A stretch of 34,434 nucleotides of DNA from a virus (lineage: Duplodnaviria > Caudoviricetes). Made by a program: the position numbers and the translations under genes. The notes beneath the pieces were generated by a model that saw only the letters and a list, made by a program, of their open reading frames with translations, was not told the DNA's origin and ran no database searches. The DNA lies in the IMG/VR virus record IMGVR_UViG_3300023197_000025, positions 1 through 34,434 of that record. One strand, written 5' to 3'. This document shows positions 33,123 to 34,434 of the stretch, in pieces. Each line of letters starts with the position of its first letter. Positions within the stretch are counted from its first letter, which is position 1.

Positions 33123-33614
33123 GGTTTCGGCCTTGTCGGCGTCCGAGGAGATTTCCAGAATCTCCTTGGCGATGACGAGGGTCTTCCCACCCTGAAGGCC
33201 GATGCCGTCTTCGCGGAGGTTGCCGTCCTCGTCCACGCCGAGGATTTCGCGCAGACCCTCCTCGGTTTCACCCTCGGCGATGCCCTGCGTGCTGTCGATG
33301 CCCATTACGGCCACGTCGGCCATGATGGACACGAACTCGTCATCGAACTGCGAGGGGTCGATGGTGTCCGTGTCCGGGTCGTGTCCGTCTTCCAGAGCCT
33401 CCTGTGCTTCCTCCGGGTCCATGTCGAGGCGGTCTTCGAGGAAGGCCGCCACCGGCAGGAACTCGGGGTCGGTGAGCGGGCGGAGGTACAGGGTGCCCTC
33501 CATCCCGTAGTAGGTGAAGTCGATGGTTTCGCGGTACTCTTTGCCCCGAATCGCCATCTCGCGGAGACGGCTGATGTTGGGGCTGTCGCTCTCGGAATTA
33601 GTGTCTTCGTTCAT
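33096..33614 (-). CDS. Tail assembly chaperone (gpG-like)
   Basis: Acidic 172-aa ORF between tube and tape measure, with a slippery site near its 3' end. Confidence 0.8.
   Translation of the reverse strand: MNEDTNSESDSPNISRLREMAIRGKEYRETIDFTYYGMEGTLYLRPLTDPEFLPVAAFLEDRLDMDPEEAQEALEDGHDPDTDTIDPSQFDDEFVSIMADVAVMGIDSTQGIAEGETEEGLREILGVDEDGNLREDGIGLQGGKTLVIAKEILEISSDADKAETFRRDGGGE
33117..33122 (-). promoter_or_regulatory. Putative +1 programmed frameshift site TTT-CGC
   Basis: In-frame ACC-TTT-CGC; a slip to TTC joins the downstream ORF. Confidence 0.7.
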
Positions 33615-33687
33615 GGGTATGCAGTCTGTCGGGAGAAAAACGCGAACGGGTCAGTTAGCGTGCTGTACGCCGATGAGGCGGGGCTGT

Positions 33688-34230
33688 TCAGCCCTGCGGC
33701 TGGTCGGACTTCCGGTCCATCGCCACCCAGTCGTAGGCCGTCTCGGTGGCCTCCTCGGAGCGGACCTCGTAGGACTCGCTCGTGACGAGAACGTGCTGGT
33801 ACATCTCGTCCTCGTCGTTCTTCTCGTGGGTGATGTTGATGCTCACCGGGACCGGAACCCCGTGCTCGTCGTACAGGAAGTCGTCCAGCGTCTTGGTCCC
33901 CGGCTCGGTGTCAGAGTCGGACTGAGCCGAGTCGGGAATCATCTTCGTGATGCGACTCCCCTTGAACATCATCGTCCCCGAGTAGGAGATGGAGGTAATC
34001 GAGTAGCCGCTCGCCTTCAGCGAGGACTCTCGAATCTCGGAGATTTCCACCTCCTTCGTGGTGTCCAGCCGGGAGATGGGGACCTCCATGTAGCCCTGCG
34101 GCTGGTTCTCGGAACCATCCTGCGAGCCGTTGAAGGACTTGACTCCCTGCTCGCCACCCTTGGAGATGATGAGGGTGATGTTCGCCGCCGATTCGATGCG
34201 GTCAATTCCGCCGTTAACTTGCTTGGACAT
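33688..34230 (-). CDS. Tail tube protein
   Basis: 180-aa beta-rich protein directly after the sheath. Confidence 0.75.
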   Translation of the reverse strand: MSKQVNGGIDRIESAANITLIISKGGEQGVKSFNGSQDGSENQPQGYMEVPISRLDTTKEVEISEIRESSLKASGYSITSISYSGTMMFKGSRITKMIPDSAQSDSDTEPGTKTLDDFLYDEHGVPVPVSINITHEKNDEDEMYQHVLVTSESYEVRSEEATETAYDWVAMDRKSDQPQG

Positions 34231-34256
34231 GAATTAAAGCCTCCAGAATTGAGTCT

Positions 34257-34433
34257 TTACGCGGTAGCGGACTGACCGACCGTCACGGTGTTGTCGATGA
34301 ACCGGAGAGGTTCAGCGAGGTCCACGTTCACCTCCAGAGCGGCGGTCGTGGCGTCTCCCTTCGAGACGTTGACCGAGTAGGAGATGACCGCGTTGCTGTC
34401 CATCAGGTTGGCGAGGTTCTGCCGGATGAGGTT
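34257..34433 (-). CDS. Tail sheath protein, C-terminal fragment (truncated by window)
   Basis: ...LMDSNAVISYSVNVSKGDATTAALEVNVDLAEPLRFIDNTVTVG, a typical sheath C-terminus. Confidence 0.8.
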   Translation of the reverse strand, partial: NLIRQNLANLMDSNAVISYSVNVSKGDATTAALEVNVDLAEPLRFIDNTVTVGQSATA

Positions 34434-34434
34434 T

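Larger units (their letters stand above)
1..34434. mobile_element. Segment of a haloarchaeal tailed (myovirus-type) virus genome, apparently in non-integrated configuration
   Basis: Contractile tail and baseplate operon, PolB, AEP primase, integrase with an attP-like site flanked by viral genes on both sides, acidic proteome, no host housekeeping genes. Confidence 0.93.

Overview
The window looks like part of a tailed myovirus-type virus of halophilic archaea. It is GC-rich, its proteins are very acidic, and it has TATA-type promoters. The left and middle part (+ strand) holds a structured RNA/tRNA cluster (~997-1620), a replication module (P-loop/wHTH helicase-like protein, fused PriS-PriL-type AEP primase, HTH-metallophosphoesterase, Fe-S PD-(D/E)XK nuclease, family B polymerase with a LAGLIDADG intein, HNH nuclease) and many zinc-finger microproteins. 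A lysogeny-type module at 21.1-23.4 kb carries a wHTH regulator, a tyrosine integrase, an attP-like 5' half of tRNA-Leu(CAA) and a divergent full tRNA-Leu(CAA). The right part (- strand) is a contractile tail operon: sheath end, tube, chaperones with a TTT-CGC +1 frameshift, tape measure, baseplate, fibre and a low-GC putative adhesin. Signals not explained by the genes are a dispersed octamer CGATGAGG/CCTCATCG (38 copies by manual count), a bipartite palindromic intergenic operator/promoter motif, strong avoidance of palindromic sites that extends into the tRNAs, and several non-canonical tRNA-derived RNAs. All counts are by eye and all functional assignments rest on motifs, not database searches.
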